A stretch of 64,000 nucleotides of DNA, taken from positions 4,092,001-4,156,000 of the forward strand of contig CM075991.1 in the NCBI GenBank assembly GCA_038087875.1, written 5' to 3'. Source of the stretch: Malacoraja senta (taxonomy: Eukaryota). The notes beneath the pieces were generated by a model. The model had not been told where the DNA came from. It searched no databases and saw nothing but the letters and a program-made list of their open reading frames with translations. Made by a program: the position numbers and the translations under genes. Of this stretch, positions 1 through 12,325 are shown piece after piece; positions within the stretch are counted from its first letter, which is position 1, and the number at the start of each line of letters is the position of its first letter.

Positions 1-195
1 TGTTCTCCCTGTGACTGTGTGGGGGTTTCTCCGGGTGCTCTGGTTTCCTCCCACATCCCAAAGATGCGCAGGTTTGTAGGTTAATTGGCTTCTGTACATT
101 GTCCCTAGTGTGAAGGATAGAACTAGTGTATGAGGTGATTGCTGGTCGGCGCGGACACAATGGGCCGAAGGGCCTGTTTCCACGCTATGTCCATA
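1..195 (+). mobile_element. HE1-like tRNA-derived V-SINE, 3' part (cut by window edge)
   Basis: Core 'ggtttctccgggtgctctggtttcctcccacatccca' and CR1-type tail 'gggccgaagggcctgtttccac', matching the other copies in the window. Confidence 0.85.
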
Positions 196-507
196 ACTGG
201 TGCATAACTATGCTATCCCAAAGTGGGTGATTCGCCCCACTGTGATGACTGTCCTTTCTAATTCCTATACCTGAGTTTTTGTCATTTTGTCGAACATTAA
301 ACAGTACGGAAAAAAAGAGACAAAATGCTGGAGTAACAGTTCAGGAAACATCTCTGGAGAACATGGATAGATCGGTGATGTTTCGTGTCGGGACCCTTCT
401 TCTGTCTGAATCAAACAATTGTTCTGAAGAAGGGTCTCGACCCAAAGCATCACCTATTAATGTGTAGGAAGGAACTGCAGATGCTGGTTTATACTGAAGA
501 TATAAAC

Positions 508-1391
508 CGGTGGGCAGCGCGACTCTCGTCAGCAGCGGCCTCTGCAATCCCTGTCTTTTTATTATTTTTGTCTCGTTTTTATGTAGTTTTTATTTATTTT
601 TTTGTCGGGGTATGCGTGTGGGGGGGGGGGTGGGGGTGGGGGTGGGGGGGGGGGAACTTTAAAATCTTTCCCCTGCACGGGAGACCTGACCTTTTCTTTG
701 TCGGGTCTCCGTTGTCGTTGGGGCTGGGCAACGTGGAGCGGCCTCCAGCAGGAACGACCTGGGGCTCCAGTTGCGGAGCTGCGGACTACTCACCGTCACG
801 GGGCTGGCCGAGTCCGGAGCGGGTGGAGCTGTGGTGGAAACAATTGCTGCTGCGACCCGACCCCCGGAGATTCGGAGGCTACAACCGCGGGTCTGGCGGA
901 CGGCAACACCGGAAGCCCGCGGGTCCCTGGGGGGAGACCGCTTTTCGGGGCTTCCGCAGCGGCGACTTCTCCCGCCCGAGTTGCGGGGTTGAAGAGCACC
1001 TGGAGCGGGGCTTTACATCGTCGCCCCGCGCGGCTTGGAATGGCCGCGGTCCTTTGCGAGCGCGCGCCGGGGCTCTAACACCAAGACCCGGTGCGCAACC
1101 TTGCATTACCCGGCGTGGCTTTAATGGCCGCGGGATAATCACCATCGCCCGCCGGGGGCTTTGACTTTGACTCTGACATCGGGGGGGGGGGAGTGCAGTG
1201 GAGAGATATGTGTTTTTTGCCTTCCATCACAGCGCTGTGATGGATGTATGTGTAAATTGTGTTGTGTCTCGGGTCTTCTTCGTTTTGTAATGTATGGCTG
1301 CAGAAACGATATTTAGTTTGGACCTCAAGGGGTCCAAATGACAAATTTGTCCAAATGACAAATAAATAATAATTGAATTGAATTGAATTGA
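508..1391 (+). mobile_element. CpG-rich non-coding retroelement with Rex1/Babar-like tail
   Basis: GC-rich body similar to 41110-42108; shared 'tgccttccatcacag...tgtgatggatg' block; ends 'tgacaaataaa' plus (TTGAA)n. Confidence 0.65.
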
Positions 1392-1392
1392 A

Positions 1393-1630
1393 GATAGACA
1401 CAAAGTGCTGGAGTAACTCAGCGGGACAGGCAGCATCTGTGGAGAGAATGGATGGGTGACCTTTCGGTTTGGACCTCTTCTTCAGACCTTTATCCAGACA
1501 GACTGAATAGAGGTTCCGACCCAAAACGTTACCCATCCTTTTTCTCCAGAGATGCTGCCTGACTTGCTGAGTTACTCTAGCATTTTGTGCCTTTCCTTGA
1601 TAAACCAGCACCTGCAGATCCTTGTTTCAA
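1393..1630. mobile_element. Fold-back pair of Penelope-like element terminal fragments
   Basis: 'gctggagtaactcagcgggacaggcagcatc' recurs as its reverse complement 'gatgctgcctgacttgctgagttactctagc'; the arms resemble the 3' end of the PLE at 58240-58334. Confidence 0.8.
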
Positions 1631-2182
1631 CAGCAGTGCATGGGAACAGGCCCCTCTGCCCAAAATGTCCATGTCACATGTGATGCCGTCATTTTTAAAA
1701 GACCAATGGTACTGAACAGAATTATCTCATTCTTGTCAGAACATCCCTAAGTTAAACAATCATAGAAAATGACAAAAAGCATCTACTTCCCCCACTGGTC
1801 AGGACATTTTGATTTTGCCCGCTGTTGACATGAATCGTACGCTTACAGTCCAGCAGTTGAGAAATGTAAAGAAAGATGTATTAAGTCCAGAATTATCTTG
1901 TCAGGAGGTTAGTGGCCCAGAATAATCGGAAAAGAGCAAAAAACAAAGTGCAGGAGGAACTCAGCAGGCCAAGCAGCTTCTGTGGAGATGCTGCCTGATT
2001 GCGGAGTTCCTCCAGTACTTGTGTTTTGCTCAGATTCCAGCACCTGCAGTCTCTCGTGTCTCCTAATCAGAAAAGACTCCTGCAGCCCAATCCTTTTTCC
2101 AGTTCCGACCACGATCTTTGATATGTTTTGACATTGAATGCATCTCCATGTATTTTGTAAATGGGGGGGGGGGGGGGGGGAA

Positions 2183-2593
2183 CAGACACTCACACATGCA
2201 TGCACGCACACACTCTCACGCACACATGCACGCACACTCATGCACACATGCACGCACACACTCTCTCGCACACTCTCATGCACACATGCACGCACACACT
2301 CTCACGCACACATGCACGCATACATGTACGCACACATGTACGCACACAGACACACATACACAAAGTGCTGGAGTAACTCAGTGGGTCAGGTAGCATCTCT
2401 GGAGAGAAAGGATAGGCTACATTTCGAGTGAGTCTTAAGAAGGGTCCCGAACCGAAACGTTGCCTATCCATGTCCACCAGAGATGGTGACTTGCTGAGTT
2501 ACTCCTGCACTTTGTGTATGTGTGTCTGTGTGCGTACATGTGTGCGTACATGTATGCGTACATGTGTGCGTGAGAGTGTGTGCGTGCATGTGT
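2183..2593. repeat. CA-rich microsatellite flanking a PLE fold-back, with an inverted copy
   Basis: CACACATGCACG-like units at 2183-2360 and their complement at 2512-2593. Confidence 0.9.
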
Positions 2594-2671
2594 TCTTAAA
2601 TGGGTTATATTTTCTACTTCCTGCAACCTTTCAGAATTGCTCTGATCCCTGGAATGCTGTAGAAACACCAA

Positions 2672-3372
2672 GATTGGTCGGTGGGGGGGCGCTGCGAGAC
2701 GGCTGCCCTGCCAGCAGCGTGTTTGTTATTTCTACCTTTTTTTTGTTTTTTTTGGCGTGGGGTCCATCTCTGGAGCAGCCTTTCCCGGAGTCGGGCCCGG
2801 AGTATCGGCAGCAGGCGCAGCGTGGTCTGTCCATCGCGGAGCGGGAGAACCCTTGCCGGGGGGTCGCCAGAGAGGAGTGCTCCAAATGCTGGCCTGGTGT
2901 CGTTGACATCATGGGACTGTGGTCGGCGGAGCTTCTTGCCGCGGGCGTGGCGTGGACTTACCATCCCGATCCCTGGGATCCCTCGCTAGGGATCGCCGGA
3001 GAAGAGCTCCGACCGCCGGCCTGCGCCCCATAACATCTTGAAGCCGTGGACTCCGGTGGGAAAGTGCCGATTCGGGATCTCCAAGTGTATTTCACCGTCC
3101 CGATGTCGGAGTTTAGATCATCCCGACGAGATAGCCTGTACATCGAGGGCCGTCTGTAGCGGTGACTACGGGGGGGTCTATGGCCCCAACCTCGGGTGAA
3201 CAAGGAGGAGGACTGGCTGAACTTGTTGCCTTCCACCACAGTGAAGAATGCAGTAGTGGATATTTGTGTTAAATAGTGTATTGTGTGTTCTTTTTAAGTG
3301 TATCGCTGCTGGCAAATTCATTTCACTGCATGCAGTGTGCATCTGACGAATAAAATTGTCTTTGACTTTGAA
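2672..3372 (+). mobile_element. CpG-rich non-coding retroelement with Rex1/Babar-like tail
   Basis: The 2980-3360 segment is similar to 30965-31370; tail 'tttcactgca...tgacgaataaa'. Confidence 0.65.
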
Positions 3373-3940
3373 TTGTAGATGCGGGTTGATACCAGAGATA
3401 GACTCAAAGTGCTGGAGTAACTCAGCGGGTCAGACAGCATCCTGGAGAGATCCTATTCCTGTTTCTCCTGACATGCTGCCTGACCCGCTGAGTTATTTCA
3501 GCAATTTGTGTCTATCGCTAGAATACTTCACTGGGTTACACCACAGAAAACGTAGGTGGAAAATCGAGAGCCCTTAACACCCACGCTACAAGAACAAACG
3601 CAATGAAACTCAATGTACCAACGCACCGTTAGTGGCAAACATCTCATCTTCCCTACAATTAATTAGTTTGGGCTGTTCTTTTTATTTTGCTGAAAAGCAT
3701 GCAAAGCAATTTTGAAGGGATTACCGAAGGTTTTCAAGAATTGACTCTTGGTCCAACATGTAACGTGCCCAAAAATCGCGTCTCTCTGAAGCAGAACCTC
3801 AGGGCTCAAATGTTACAGTAAAATATGTACATGCTGCAGCCCCATAGACATGCAATGTCACATTCACTCAATCTGTGCAAATGAGCAATAACGAATAAGA
3901 TGATTCACTTGAAAATCATTCCTGCTTGGTTAGGTCTGCG

Positions 3941-3951
3941 AGGGAGAGAGG

Positions 3952-3984
<33 letters not shown>

Positions 3985-4156
3985 GGAGAGAGAGGATGAG
4001 AGAGAGAGAGTGCGAAAATGTGAGAAAGAGAGAGTGAGAGAAAGAAAGAGCGAAAGTAAAAGAAAAAGAGAGAGAAAAAAGAGACTAAAAGAGAGAAAAC
4101 CAGAGAGAGAGAGAGAGAAAGAGAGAGACAGAGAGAGAGAAAGACAGAGGGAGAGA
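3941..4156. repeat. (GA)n / purine-rich microsatellite
   Basis: Directly visible. Confidence 0.95.
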
Positions 4157-4584
4157 AACATTTGGCGAAAGTGCATTCCAACTTGTCACAGGGAGGAATT
4201 CCTCGAACGCTGCAAACTATTTGTCGTCGTTGTCTAATTAAGACCAGACCCCTTTGCTCTGGCGCCTTTGTATTTCATGGGCGCATCTTGTGCCAAACTG
4301 GTGTCTGATACAAAATGCTGTCAGCATTTAAACATCATAGACGAGTATTATCAGTCGTGTGACAGCATTCTCCATGCACTTAAATCGAGATGCGACTAAA
4401 TAAAGTCTCAGGAAAATAGAGCGATCTTCAGTGAGGTCGACAGCAGCTTACTGCGAGGTAATGGGAAAGTTGCTGCAGAGAAAAGAATGATAACGTGCGG
4501 CCATTTTATCCTGTCTTTGCACCTTGCTCTGTTCCCTCAGATATGCCAGATTACCTTTCAGCACAGAATGAGGCCCATTGAGAC

Positions 4585-4889
4585 AGTTTAGTTTAGAGAT
4601 ACAACATGGAAACAGGCCCTTTGGCCCACCGTGTCCGACCAGTGACCCCTGCATGTTAACCCTCCACAAACTAGGGACAATTTACACTTACCCAAGTCAA
4701 TTAACCTACAAACCCGTACGTCTTTGGAGTGTGGGAGGTAAACCGAAGATCTCGGAGAAAACCCACACGGTCACGGGGGGGAACGTACAAACTCCGTACA
4801 GACAGCACCTGTAGTTGGGATCGAACCCGGGTCTCTGGTGCTGCAAGCGCTGTTAGGCAGCAACTCTACCGCTGCATGAACATGCCGCC
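4585..4889 (-). mobile_element. HE1-like SINE, near full length
   Basis: Reverse complement shows tRNA-like head with B box 'gggttcgatccc', V-SINE core and (CTAAA)n tail. Confidence 0.9.
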
Positions 4890-5082
4890 ACTGCGCTAGC
4901 TCTCAGGGCATTCCCACCATTCCAGGTAACCCTGTTTCCAGGCTGCCCAGTTCGGATCCAACCAGGATTTAAGGCTCCTGCACTCAATCAACTGCTTCTG
5001 GCGACAGCTCTCCTTCCGTGCCCTGCAGAGTCTGAAGAATAGACCTGACCTGAAACATCACCTCTCCCTGTACCACTGAGAT

Positions 5083-5400
5083 GGGCGGAACGATGGCGCA
5101 GTGGTAGTGTCACTGGCTCATAGAGCCAGAGACCCGCGTTCAATCCTGACTAGGGGTGCTGACTATATGGAGTTTGTACGTTCCCCCTGTGACCGCATGG
5201 GTTTTCACCGGGTGCTTTGGATTTCTCGCACATTCCTAAGACGTGCAGGTTTGTAGGTAAATTGGCCTCTGTAAATTGCCCATAAATGTGCAGGGAGTGC
5301 GTGCAAAAGTGGAATAACATCGAACTAGTGCGAATGGGTGATGGGTGGTCAGTGTGGATTCGGTGGGCTGAAGGGCCTGTTTCCATGCTATATCTTTCAA
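5083..5400 (+). mobile_element. HE1-like SINE, near full length
   Basis: A box 'tggcgcagtgg', B box 'gttcaatcc', core and 'gaagggcctgtttcc' tail. Confidence 0.9.
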
Positions 5401-6844
5401 CGATTCCCTCAATAAAATAGGATTAATGTCGTGGGTGATTGTTGATCAGCCTGAACTTGTGCGGGATGATACTGGGGAGAACATACCCCTCTTTGAAAAG
5501 TGGACAATGTGTTGTTACATTCTCCGAAGAGAGCCAAGAAGTGTCCCTCTTCTGAGTCAGTGCAGTGACACTGCAGCCCGGAGACCCGGTTCAATCCTGA
5601 CCTCCGACCCTGTCTGTGTGGAGCTTGCATGTTCTCCCTGTGACCGTGTGGGTTTCCGCCCACATCCCATGCGGCATTTAAAAGACTTTTGCATAGCCAC
5701 ATGGATATGCAGGGAATGGGGTATGGATTAGAAGTTCATAGGAGCACAATTAAGCAATTCGGCCCATCGAGTCTCCTCCGCCATTCAATCATGACTGATC
5801 TATCTCTCCCTCTTAATCCCATTCTCAAGTCTTCTTCACATAACCCATGACACACTTACTAATCAAGAACTTGCCAATCTCCATTTAAAAAATACCCAAA
5901 GACTTGGCCACCACAGCCATCTGTAGCAGTGAATTCCATCGATTCACCACCCACTGGCTAAAGAAATTTCTCCTTATCTCCATTCTAAAGGTATGTCCCT
6001 TTATTCTGAGGCTGTGTCCTCTGGTCCTAGACTCTCACATTGGTGGAAACATTTGCAGGCAGATAGGTTAGTCTTGCAAAATGTTCTGCACAGCCATTAT
6101 GGGCCGAATGGTCTGTTCCAGTTGTACTGTGCTTTGTTCTATCCCAAAGACTTGCAAACATGGATAAATGACTCCCTGTGTTGGTGAACAATGGGAACGA
6201 AGGACATTGTCAGGCATGCATAACAGGTTACCTGCAAACAAACAAACACAGTATGCAAACTCCACATAGACAGAATCTGAGGCCAGGATCGAACCTGGTC
6301 TCTGGCGCTGCAAGGCAACAGCTCTACCAGCTGCACCACTGTGCCTTATTATCTTCATGTTCCCGTCAACTCCCTCGAGATTTTACCGTTCGTAAGTGAT
6401 AGGAGTGGAATTAGGCCATTCGGCCCATCAAGTCTACTCTGCCATTCAATCATGGCTGATCTAAATCTCCCTCCTCACTCCATTCTCCTGCCTTCTGCCC
6501 ATAACCTCTGACACCTGCACTAATCAAGAATCAATCTATCTCTGCCTTAAAAATATCCACTGACTTGGCCTCCACTGCCTTCTGTGGCAAATTCCATTTA
6601 CACCAGTGAATTAACCCACACAGGAATAACATTGACTCCTCAGTTAACATCACTGAAACAAATTAGCATTGCATTAGGGTATGTTGTGCGTCGAAATGTT
6701 GCTTGTTCACATTGGCGGACATATTTCTTCTATTACAACATTGAGCACACTATCGTCATTGTAAAGCAACAAATCATTTGCCAATGGTGTATTTAACTCA
6801 CATTTATTTTTGCTTTCTTGCAGAATCTCTGTGTACTTTTTCAC

Positions 6845-7080
6845 ACAATTTTCACACAAAGGGTAGTGGGTGTATGGAACGAGCTGCCAGAGGAGGTAAT
6901 TGAGGGTGGGACCATCCCAACATTTAAGAAGCAGTTAGACAGGTACATGGATCGGACAGGTTATTTTGAGATACGGACCAAATGCTGGCAGGTGGGACTA
7001 GTGTAGCTGGGACATGTTGTCCGATGTGGGCAAGTTGGGCCAAAGGGCCTGTTTCCACACTGTATCGCTCTGTTACTCTA
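6845..7080 (+). mobile_element. CR1 LINE 3' end
   Basis: Translates FTQRVVGVWNELPEEV...FKKQLDRYM (CR1 ORF2 C-terminus), followed by the 3' UTR. Confidence 0.85.
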
Positions 7081-8699
7081 ACTTGTATATAATTTATGCT
7101 TTGGTGTATTACATGAGTCTATGTTCCTGATGTGCTGCTGCTAGCAAGATTTTTATTGCACCTGTACTCATACACTTGACAATAAACTCAACATGACGTG
7201 ACGTGACTTGAAGTTGCCACAACTTCCTGACACCACAAAAGGGCCTGTGGCAGTGATGCTCCTTCCGTTCATCCCTTGCCAATCCCTGACTTTGCTAGTT
7301 CCCAGTTTCACTCCAGTGTTTGCAGTGGCCAGATGTAACATGGCCGCAGGGAATGGTGACTCACCAAAGCTGAATGAAGCCTATATGTCCCCGCCTGTCC
7401 AATCTTACCACATTGCTCACACACTCCTCCCTCCAACATCTTCAGCCTGATGTCATGTGTGTAGGTGGTAGGGGTGGGGTGGATGAAAGGTGGGGTGGAA
7501 ACAGCTGCTCAGTTTATTCGGGGTAAGGTGCTTCAGGTGATATTGCAAAAAGCCGCAGCGTTGCAGGTTTCAATAAGTTCCCGGGCAAATTTCTACATTT
7601 CCGTCATGTTCATAAGCTTATAGAGCTGTGGAGAGAAATGGCAAGGAAATAGGCACTCTGGTCCATTGCGTCTATGCAATCAACTGCTTCGGGCAACAGT
7701 TCTCCTTCCGTGCCCTGCCGTGTCTGAAGAAGGGTCCCGACCCGAAACATCACCTTTCCATGTTCTATGGCGCAGAGTTGTTGCTTTGCAGCGTCAGAGA
7801 CCCAGGTTCAATCCTGACTACGGGTGCTGTCTGTACAGAGTGTGTACATTCTCCCTGTGACTGCATGAATTTTTTTCAAGACATTTTCAAGAAAACAAGA
7901 AATTGGGTTAATTTACAGCAGCCAGTTAACCTACCAACCTCCCAGCCTTTGGGATTTGGGATGAAACTGGAACAATTGGAAGGAATTCACTCGGTCACAG
8001 GGAGAACGTGCAAACTCAGACAGATGGCACCTGAAGTAAGGATTGAACCTGTATCACCTCGTCCCCAGCCAACAATGGAACATTGTGGGCTCCACCTTTC
8101 CCGAGTCATCAATTCAGGCTGTTTTGTTCTGTGCATTTTCATACCTTTAGCTTCCTACTCCCCGACTCTCAGTCTAATGAAGGGACTCGACTCGAAACGT
8201 CACCTATTTCTTCTCTCCAGAGATGCTGCCTGACCCTCTGAGTTACTGTGGCATTGTGTGTCTATCTTCGGTGTACGCCAGTATCTGCAGTTCCTTCCTT
8301 CACTAGCTGTGTCACTATTCAGAGGGGAGGAATTCAGATAAAGAAGCATGTATCATTGCTACACATTTCTACCATCTGCTCAGTATACTTTTATGCACGA
8401 CCTGCCAGATTTGTGCAGTCAATTATCTGTTCAATTCAAATCCAATTCAAAAGTAATATGTTTGTTTTTCTAAGAAGCAGATTTCTGCCGCGATCTATCA
8501 TCGAGCTCAGCTCGAGTGGGTCAATGATTCAGTGGTGTGAATGCGTAGGGTTCAATTGGCTGACCCATCCTCTAATGCCAAGCCTGTGTAAAATAGGAAA
8601 ACATTGTGTAACACCAATTCACCCCAGAGGATTTATTGCGCTTCTAATTTGTTATTAGCTTATAGTTCCAGATAATAGAACAAAGGATCTCTGTACTTT

Positions 8700-8700
8700 G

Positions 8701-8737
<37 letters not shown>

Positions 8738-8745
8738 ATATATAT
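8700..8745. repeat. (TA)n(TG)n microsatellite
   Basis: Directly visible. Confidence 0.95.
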
Positions 8746-9216
8746 TCAATGGTATATAGACACACTGATCTGTTCTGTATTTATTTATGCCTACAATATT
8801 CTGTTGTGCTGAAGCAAGGCAAGAATGTCATTGTCCTATCAGGGACACATGACAATAAACTCTCTTGAATCTTGAATCTTTGCATTAAGTCTTATGTGAC
8901 ATTTAATAATTTGAATTCTTAACAAAAGTGATTTCTGTTTCATATTTGGTTAATGATCCAAACGAAACCAATCGCAGCCTAGTTTCACCTTATAAAATGT
9001 TTTCCTTGAACAAGCAGAGGGTGCAGAGCAGATTTACCAGGATGTTGCATGGAATGGAAGCTTCGGTCTTGAGGAGAGACTGGTTTTGTTTTCTTTGGAG
9101 TGGAGGAGACAGAGGGAGGATTTGATTGGGGCATAGAACACTGCGAGAGGCATGGATAGGGTAGAACGTAGAAATTTTCCCCATGATCGAGGCACCTAAA
9201 ATAGAGAGAAGATTTA

Positions 9217-9520
9217 GGGCGGCACAGTGATAGAATTGCTGCTTTCCAACGTCAGAAACCTGGGTTCCTTCCCGACTACAGGTATGTGTCTGTGCAGAGT
9301 TTGTACGTTCTTCCCATGACCTGCGTAGGTTTTCTCCGGGTGCTCCGGTTTCCTCCCACACTCCGAAGACATGCAGGTTTGTGGGTTTGTTAGCATTGGT
9401 CAGTTGTAAAATTGTCCCTAGTGTGTAGGATAGTGCTAGTGTACTGATCGGTGGTTGGCGTGGATTCGGTGGGCTGAAGGGCCTGTTTCCACACTGTATC
9501 TCTAAAGTCTAAAGTCTAAA
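9217..9520 (+). mobile_element. HE1-like SINE, full length
   Basis: Head 'gggcggcacagtg', core and tail 'ctgtatctctaaagtctaaagtctaaa'. Confidence 0.9.
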
Positions 9521-10462
9521 TAAATGCACATTTTTTGTTATTGTAATGATTCAGTTAGGAAAACTTTCCTTATGTTACAACTGATCTGAGAGTGGTTTCC
9601 ACATGATTCAATTCTCTAACAACAATTTGGACCAACTTCTGTTTGCTTTTTGTGCTGGGATGATGGATATTGACGTACTTAACTGTACAACAGAGCGACT
9701 TCTCATGAGCTTATATGTCACCGTGTGATTAATATCAGTTCTCTATAGTAACCAAATGATTCTTTTGCATGTGTGTGCCTTCTGAAGGTCAGAGTTAAGT
9801 CTTGATTAATGCACTTCTGTTCAACAAATTCAATCTCAATGCAAAAGAAATAAATAAACTTGTATTTCTATAACATTTATCCTTGACATTTCGAGGCACA
9901 TCACGATCAGGGAATTAGTTTTGAATTGCCCTGCAGGTAAGGACTATAGATTATTGTGTTCTTAATAAAATAGCATTGAAGCCCAGAGCTAACAGTGGAA
10001 TTCCTATTGTTTGTGCTTGCATTTATTTCCCCAATTCTCATTCCACAATCTGGAATCCATCTCCAAACACTTCATAGAAGTGCTTTACCCACTCTTTGCT
10101 CCATTCTTTCCAATGCTAACTGATAATTATTGGATCACTTCTGTAAGTATTCCGTTTTTAAGTAATCCATCCTCCGCCACATTACATGAACATTTTAACA
10201 ATTAGCTATTAGTACATTTGTCTCATTTCACACCCGATCAGTTAACCTTAGAGCCATCACAGCAGTTTATAAAAGGCTGCTTGATATTCTAACAGTTATC
10301 TCCTAATAAATCTATGTCATATATGGGTGGAGGGAGCAGTGGTTGACTGTAAAAATGTCTAATACTGTAGGTAGACATTAAAAATGTAGAGGATGTAAAG
10401 AAACAAAGGTTAAACGCACAGAGTTCATGGTAATGAATGTTTGGATCATAGGTGGAATATTT

Positions 10463-10768
10463 TTAGTTTGGAGATACAGCACGGAAACAGGCCCTTCGGC
10501 CCACCAAGTCTGCGCTGACCAGCGATCACCTGGTACACTCTCACTGTCCCACACAATAGGGACAATTTACAATGTGCAATTTTACCAATTAACCTACAGA
10601 CCAGTACGTCTTTGGAGTGTGGGAGGAAACCGGAGCACCCGGAGAAAACCCACGCAGGTCACAGGGAGAACGTAAATACTCCGTACCTACGGCACCCAGG
10701 CTCGGTATCGAACCCAGGTATCTGGCGCTGTAAGGCAGCAACTCTACCGCTATGCCACCGTGCTGCCC
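10463..10768 (-). mobile_element. HE1-like SINE, full length
   Basis: Reverse complement of the same family consensus. Confidence 0.9.
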
Positions 10769-11488
10769 TAATTTACAGGGTGTAGCAAATATACAGGGTG
10801 TAATGAAAGGGATTAAAAGCACAGAATTCATAGTAACGAAAGCTTGCATCACAGGTGGAATATTGTCTCTTTCTGGGAACAATATTTAAGGAAAATTTTC
10901 AAAGCCTAGGAAAGAATATAGAGAAGTCTTTCCAAATGGAATGAGACCTCTCAGACTTGATAAACTGGGATTATTGTCTTTGGAGTGGATGAGGAAGAAG
11001 ACATTGAAAAATTACAAAGGTCATGATAGTGGAGACAAGGACAATCTATTTCCTTTGGCAAGAGACTTGGGAACCAAAGGACACCAATTTAAGAAAACTG
11101 GCGGATGCAAGCCAGGCAAGGAAATATTTTTTTGATCCAGACTGATGATTTTACACTGTCTGAAAAAGCAGTAATAACAGATTCAGAAATAATTCTCAGG
11201 AGTATTGAACAATAGCTTGAAAAGGAGAGAATTACAGGCACATGGATAGAACAGATTTGGAGGGATATGGACCAAACGTGGGCAGGTGGGACTAGTGTAA
11301 CTGGGACATGTTGGCCGGTGTGGACAGGTTGGGCTGGAGGGCCTGTTTCCACACTGTATCACTGTATCACTCTATGACTCTATCTACAGGGATTTGGGGG
11401 AAAGAGTGAGTGTCACAAGAACTCAGGAGCTTGCAATGGTGTCCTTTACCCATCTACGTCAGCCTTCCATCCTTCGTCTGACTGTTGC

Positions 11489-12046
11489 AAGGTCATGCTG
11501 CAATCATATAAGATGCTGGTGAGGCCACATTTAGAGTATGGTGTTCAATTTTGGTCACCATGTTATAGGAAAGATTTTGTCAAGCTTGAAAGGGTTCAGA
11601 GAAGATTTACCAGGATGTTGCCAGGACTCGAGGGACTGAGCTATGCGGAAAGGTCGAGGAGGCTAGGGCTTTATTCCTTGAAATGCAGGAGGATCAGGGG
11701 TGATCTTATAGAAGTGTACAAAACCATGGGAGGAATAGATCGGGTAAATGCACAGAGTATTTTGCCCAGAGTGGGAGAATCGAGAACCAGATGACATAGG
11801 TTTAAGGTGAAAGGGAAAAGATTTAATAGGAATCTGAGGGGTAACGTTTTCACACAAAGGGTGGTGGGTTTATGGAATGAGCTGCCAGAGTAATAAATAA
11901 TTAGACAGGTACTATACAGGGATACGATGGGTTTAGAGGGATATGGCCAAACGCAGGCAGGTGGGACTAGTGTAGATGGGGTATGTTGATGAGCGTGGGC
12001 AAGTTGGGCTGAAGGGCCTGTTTCTATGCTGTATGACTCCATGACT
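11489..12046 (+). mobile_element. CR1 LINE, 5'-truncated (ORF2 C-terminus plus 3' UTR)
   Basis: ORF 11495-11794 LVRPHLEYGVQFWSP...LERVQRRFTRMLPG. Confidence 0.92.
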
Positions 12047-12325
12047 GTGTACACCAGTGCCATTCCCTCACATTCACCCACTCTTGTTCTCCCTTGGCCT
12101 CCTGTCGCAGCAGAACGCAAGCCAGGCTGAAGACGATGGTAAGACAAGCCGAACAGGATCTGGGAGGGAGAGAGGGAAGAAGGGATTCGGCCCGAAACGT
12201 TGCCTATTTCCTTCGCTCCATAGATGCTGCCGCACCCGCTGAATTTCTCCAGCACTTTTGTCTACCTTTGATTTTCCAGCATCTGCAGTTCCTTCTTAAA
12301 CATGGTGTGTTAGTTCACCTTTCAT

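Noticed and set aside
385..1164. 259-aa ORF and overlapping ORFs
   Set aside because: They cross PLE and GC-rich repeat boundaries, are low complexity and show no domain motifs; open only because of GC content
1803..1907. Possible 105-nt exon (cag|GAC...GAG|gttagt, DILILPAVDMNR...)
   Set aside because: Weak polypyrimidine tract, peptide not recognised and no partner exons; cannot be supported without RNA or homology data
3916..4237. ER-rich and SL-rich ORFs
   Set aside because: Translations of the GA microsatellite
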